Below are positions 60,712 to 64,000 of a stretch of DNA of 64,000 nt, piece after piece. Both the position numbers and the translations under genes were made by a program. The DNA is from a bacterium (GTDB lineage: Bacteria > Myxococcota_A > UBA9160 > SZUA-336): positions 9,515-73,514 of the forward strand of contig JAAELY010000266.1 of the NCBI GenBank assembly GCA_024226335.1, read 5' to 3'. Positions within the stretch are counted from its first letter, which is position 1. Every line of letters starts with the position of its first letter. Under the pieces are notes generated by a model that saw only the letters and a list, made by a program, of their open reading frames with translations, had not been told where the DNA came from and searched no databases.

Positions 60712-61170
60712 ATGTCCGGAAAGTACTTCGAAGAACTCCAGGTCGGCGATGTATTCAACCATCAACCCGGCCGAACCATCACCGAGACCGACAATCTGTT
60801 GTTCTCGACGTTGACGATGAACCCACAGCCCCTGCACCTGGACGCGGAGTACGCCGCGAGCGCGGAGTTCGGCCAGATTCTGGTCAACAGCCTGTTCACG
60901 CTCGGGCTGCTGGTGGGGTTGAGTGTCGGCGACACGACGCTGGGGACAACGGTCGGCAATCTGGGTTTCGAGAAGGTCGAATTTCCCAAGCCGGTCTTCC
61001 TGGGCGACACACTCGTGGCGCGGACCGAAGTGGTCGATCGCCGCGAATCCAAATCGCGCCCCGAATGGGGCATCGTTACGTTCGAGCACCGGGCGACCAA
61101 TCAGCGCGGAGAGATCGTGGCGCGCTGTCGGCGCGCGGCCATGATGCGCCGCAACACGGCGGTGGCCTGA
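60712..61170 (+). CDS. MaoC-family dehydratase
   Basis: [39 protein letters not shown]. Confidence 0.92.
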   Translation: MSGKYFEELQVGDVFNHQPGRTITETDNLLFSTLTMNPQPLHLDAEYAASAEFGQILVNSLFTLGLLVGLSVGDTTLGTTVGNLGFEKVEFPKPVFLGDTLVARTEVVDRRESKSRPEWGIVTFEHRATNQRGEIVARCRRAAMMRRNTAVA

Positions 61171-61194
61171 AGGGCGCCAGGCGAAAGGTATTCG

Positions 61195-61650
61195 ATGTCC
61201 GAACTTCCCGGTCCCGATTCAGAACACCCCGCGCAACGGGCGGCCTGGCGTTCGATGGACGCCGTCCTGCGCGGAGACAAGCAGACCTGGGTCGATGGTT
61301 TTGCCGATGACGGGATTGTCGAGGACCCCGTCGGCAAGTCGATTCTCGATCCCGAGGGCAAAGGACATCGAGGCAAGGAAAAGATCGAAGCGTTCTGGGA
61401 CAAGAACATCGCCGCCGCGCGTCCCGTGTTTCAGCTTCAGCACTCGATCGTCTCGGGGGATGAGTGCGCCAACATCGGCACGCTGATGATTCAATTCGAA
61501 AACGGAATGCTCACCAAGCTCTTTGGCGTGTTCGTGTACCGGGTGAACGACGAGGGCAAGGTCCTGTCGCTGCGCACGTACTGGGAACCGTCGAAGATGG
61601 AGATGATCCCGCCGCCCGAATTTCCGCGCGGTTCGGGATCCTCGGACTGA
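61195..61650 (+). CDS. NTF2/SnoaL-like (ketosteroid isomerase-like) protein
   Basis: FADDGIVEDPVG, YRVNDEGKVLSLRTYW. Confidence 0.85.
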   Translation: MSELPGPDSEHPAQRAAWRSMDAVLRGDKQTWVDGFADDGIVEDPVGKSILDPEGKGHRGKEKIEAFWDKNIAAARPVFQLQHSIVSGDECANIGTLMIQFENGMLTKLFGVFVYRVNDEGKVLSLRTYWEPSKMEMIPPPEFPRGSGSSD

Positions 61651-61675
61651 TCGAGCCGCGAAAACCTTCGAGGGG

Positions 61676-62602
61676 ATGACTCAAGCCATGCGCATCGGAC
61701 TCTTCAGCCAGACCTCATTGCTGCCCACGGCCACATTGGAAGACGTCATCGGGGAAGCGCGGGTCATCGAGGCCGATGGCTTCGACTTCATTTCCTACCC
61801 CAACGTCTTTGGCTTCGATGCCATGACTCTCGCGGCCCTGGTGGGTCGCGAAACCGCGCGCATCGAACTCGTGACCGGAGTCGTGCCGTCGCCTCCGCGA
61901 CACCCCGCCGCCATGGCCCAGCACGCGTTGACCGTCCAGGTCGCCTGCGCAGGTCGGTTTACCCTCGGGATCGGTCTTTCCCACAAGATTGTCATCGAGG
62001 ACATGTTTGGCCTCTCCTACGCAAAGCCCGCCAAGCAGATGCGCGAGTACCTCGGGGTGCTTGCACCCCTTCTGCGCGGGGAACCTGCGGCTTTCGATGG
62101 CGAGGTCTACCGGGTCCACGCACGGCTCCAGGTCGCGGGAGCCGATCCGGTTCCACTGCTGATCGCCGCACTCGGCCCGCTCATGCTCGAAGTCGCGGGA
62201 ACTCTGGCGGACGGCACCTCGACCTGGATGTCGGGTCTGCAGACCCTGTCGAAGCACATCGTGCCTTCGATCAACGATGCGGCCAGAAGCGCGGGTCGCG
62301 CAGCGCCGCGCATTCTTGCGGCCCTTCCGACGGCGCTGGTCTCGGATGTGGAAGCGGCGCGCGCGAAGGCCAACAAGAGTTTCGCCGTGTACAACACCCT
62401 GCCTTCCTATCGCGCCATGCTCGATCGCGAGGGCAGTGGCAGCCAACCCGGTGATGTGGCGCTGCTCGGCGACGAGGCGGAACTGCGCAAGTGCGTCGAC
62501 CGACTGGTCGACGCCGGAGTGACGGATTTCTGCGCGGTGCCCTTCGGAGCGGATAGCGGCGCAGCCACCCGTACGCAGGAGTTCTTGAAGTCGCTCCTCT
62601 GA
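61676..62602 (+). CDS. LLM-class (probably F420-dependent) oxidoreductase
   Basis: PRHP, GRFTLGIGLSH, AALGPLML, LPSYRAMLDREG. Confidence 0.88.
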   Translation: MTQAMRIGLFSQTSLLPTATLEDVIGEARVIEADGFDFISYPNVFGFDAMTLAALVGRETARIELVTGVVPSPPRHPAAMAQHALTVQVACAGRFTLGIGLSHKIVIEDMFGLSYAKPAKQMREYLGVLAPLLRGEPAAFDGEVYRVHARLQVAGADPVPLLIAALGPLMLEVAGTLADGTSTWMSGLQTLSKHIVPSINDAARSAGRAAPRILAALPTALVSDVEAARAKANKSFAVYNTLPSYRAMLDREGSGSQPGDVALLGDEAELRKCVDRLVDAGVTDFCAVPFGADSGAATRTQEFLKSLL

Positions 62603-62628
62603 CAGACCCCCTTCCCCGAGGTTCCGAG

Positions 62629-62985
62629 ATGATCAAACTCGTCTACTGCGTGCGCCGAAACCCCGCTCTGTCAGCGGAGGAATTTCGCAAGACCTGGTTG
62701 AACGACCACGGACCGCTGGTGAAGTCGCTGCGCAAAGTCCTGGGCATGGTGCGCTACGTGCAGAGCCACACGCTCGTGGAAGCGAGCGAAGCCGTTCGCC
62801 AGCCGCGCGGCGCGGCGCCGCCCTACGACGGAATCACCGAAGTCTGGTTCGAGCGACTCGAATCCCTGGGCGTCGATGCGGAGGCCGCGACCGAGGCCGC
62901 GCGACTCTTGCTCGAGGACGAGAAGCGCTTCATCGATCTGGAAAATTCCGCCGTATTCCTCACAGAAGAGCACGAGATCTTCTAG
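62629..62985 (+). CDS. EthD-domain protein
   Basis: W...HGPL, RYVQSH, YDGITEVWF, DEKRFID. Confidence 0.88.
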   Translation: MIKLVYCVRRNPALSAEEFRKTWLNDHGPLVKSLRKVLGMVRYVQSHTLVEASEAVRQPRGAAPPYDGITEVWFERLESLGVDAEAATEAARLLLEDEKRFIDLENSAVFLTEEHEIF

Positions 62986-63012
62986 AGGCGATCGCGCGGG
63001 TTCCTCCTGCGT

Positions 63013-63978
63013 CTACTTTGCGGCCTCTGGATGCCGGGGTGTCCAGTTCTGTAGCCAGCCCGGTTCCGCGTACAGATCCACGCGTCCATTGATCCGATAG
63101 ACCACCGGATACACGCCCTCGCCCTGTAGTTCTCCGGCCTGGATCGCGCGCAGCGCGGACTGCAGATCCTTTACATCTTCGACCGCCAGTTCCGGTGCTC
63201 CCGGGGGAGCGACGCGATGTGCGCCGAACACGCGCGCGTCTGGTCGCACGGCGCCCAGGACGGTGCTCGCGCCTTGCAGGTAATCGCCCATGCCACTGTT
63301 CGGGAGCATTCCGAACAGCGGCCCGGGATAGATGAAGTCGCCCGTGAACAGGTCTCCCGATTTCAAGTCGAGCAGCGACACCGAGTCTTCGGTATGTCCC
63401 GGCGTGTAGAGCACCTGCAACACTCGGTCGCCCAGCGAGATTCGCGAACCCGGAGCAAGCCACACGTCGACTTGAAGCTCGGGAGCTTCGATGTTTTCGG
63501 CCGCGCCGAGGTGCTCGTCAAACGTGAGTTGCAAGCGGCCGTCGGGCGCGCGCGCGCGCAGATAGGGCAGGTCGAGCACCGCGACGTGCTCGAAGGTGAT
63601 CTGGTTGCCGACGTGATCGTAGTGGAAGTGCGACGGAATGAAGGTGATGGGCCGATCCGTCAAAGCCTGCGCGACCGGGCGGATGTCGCGGTATCCCGGT
63701 CCCGCGTCGAAAAGAACCGCGCGCTCCGAGCCCACGATCAGATAGCTGTAGTTCTGCTGATAGAAACGCGGTTCGCCAATCGCAAACGTGTTTTCATCCA
63801 GCGCCTGCACAGTGAAGTAGTCATCGTGCCAGCGCACGTCCGGGCCTTCGTCCTGCGCTTCCAGAAACTCGGGTGTACCCGACAAAGACAGGCCGTAGGC
63901 CAGAATCACGTGGCGTTGCGCGAGCGCAAGCGCAGCCAGTAGTGCGATGACGATCCCGGTAATCAGAAGCCTCTTCAC
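63013..63978 (-). CDS. Metallo-beta-lactamase fold hydrolase
   Basis: SHFHYDH, TPGHT, FTGD, GAH; N-terminal signal/TM. Confidence 0.9.
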   Translation of the reverse strand: MKRLLITGIVIALLAALALAQRHVILAYGLSLSGTPEFLEAQDEGPDVRWHDDYFTVQALDENTFAIGEPRFYQQNYSYLIVGSERAVLFDAGPGYRDIRPVAQALTDRPITFIPSHFHYDHVGNQITFEHVAVLDLPYLRARAPDGRLQLTFDEHLGAAENIEAPELQVDVWLAPGSRISLGDRVLQVLYTPGHTEDSVSLLDLKSGDLFTGDFIYPGPLFGMLPNSGMGDYLQGASTVLGAVRPDARVFGAHRVAPPGAPELAVEDVKDLQSALRAIQAGELQGEGVYPVVYRINGRVDLYAEPGWLQNWTPRHPEAAK

Positions 63979-64000
63979 TGTTTCCTCTCGTGGGTCCAGG

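Overview
GC-rich bacterial chromosomal window. By gene content (P450, BVMO, F420-type oxidoreductases, OmpA, flagellin) it is most like a diderm Myxococcota/deltaproteobacterial-type organism; this is inference only. It holds about 60 genes, with no rRNA, tRNA, CRISPR array or transposase recognised. The centrepiece is a translationally coupled 10.7 kb operon (25048-35782). It encodes an outer-membrane barrel, an unknown ~945-aa exported protein with a C-terminal c-heme, an amicyanin-motif copper protein, two MauG-type diheme proteins, a Tat-exported Rieske subunit and an AioA/IdrA-family molybdoenzyme. This looks like a rearranged, expanded iodate-reductase-like (idr) system with three extra genes. 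Other notable signals are: sigma28-like promoters ahead of an orphan flagellin and two sugar/glycosyltransferase units (possible flagellin glycosylation); a recurring leaderless TANNNT-N6/7-start architecture; a PrdB/GrdB-like pseudogene that has lost its selenocysteine segment; a SoxC-like enzyme lacking the conserved substrate Arg; and several odd small proteins. The rest is lipid/aromatic catabolism and housekeeping (hemJ, clpP, motAB, metH, tldD/pmbA, hspQ). All assignments come from motif reading and recalled family knowledge; no searches were run.
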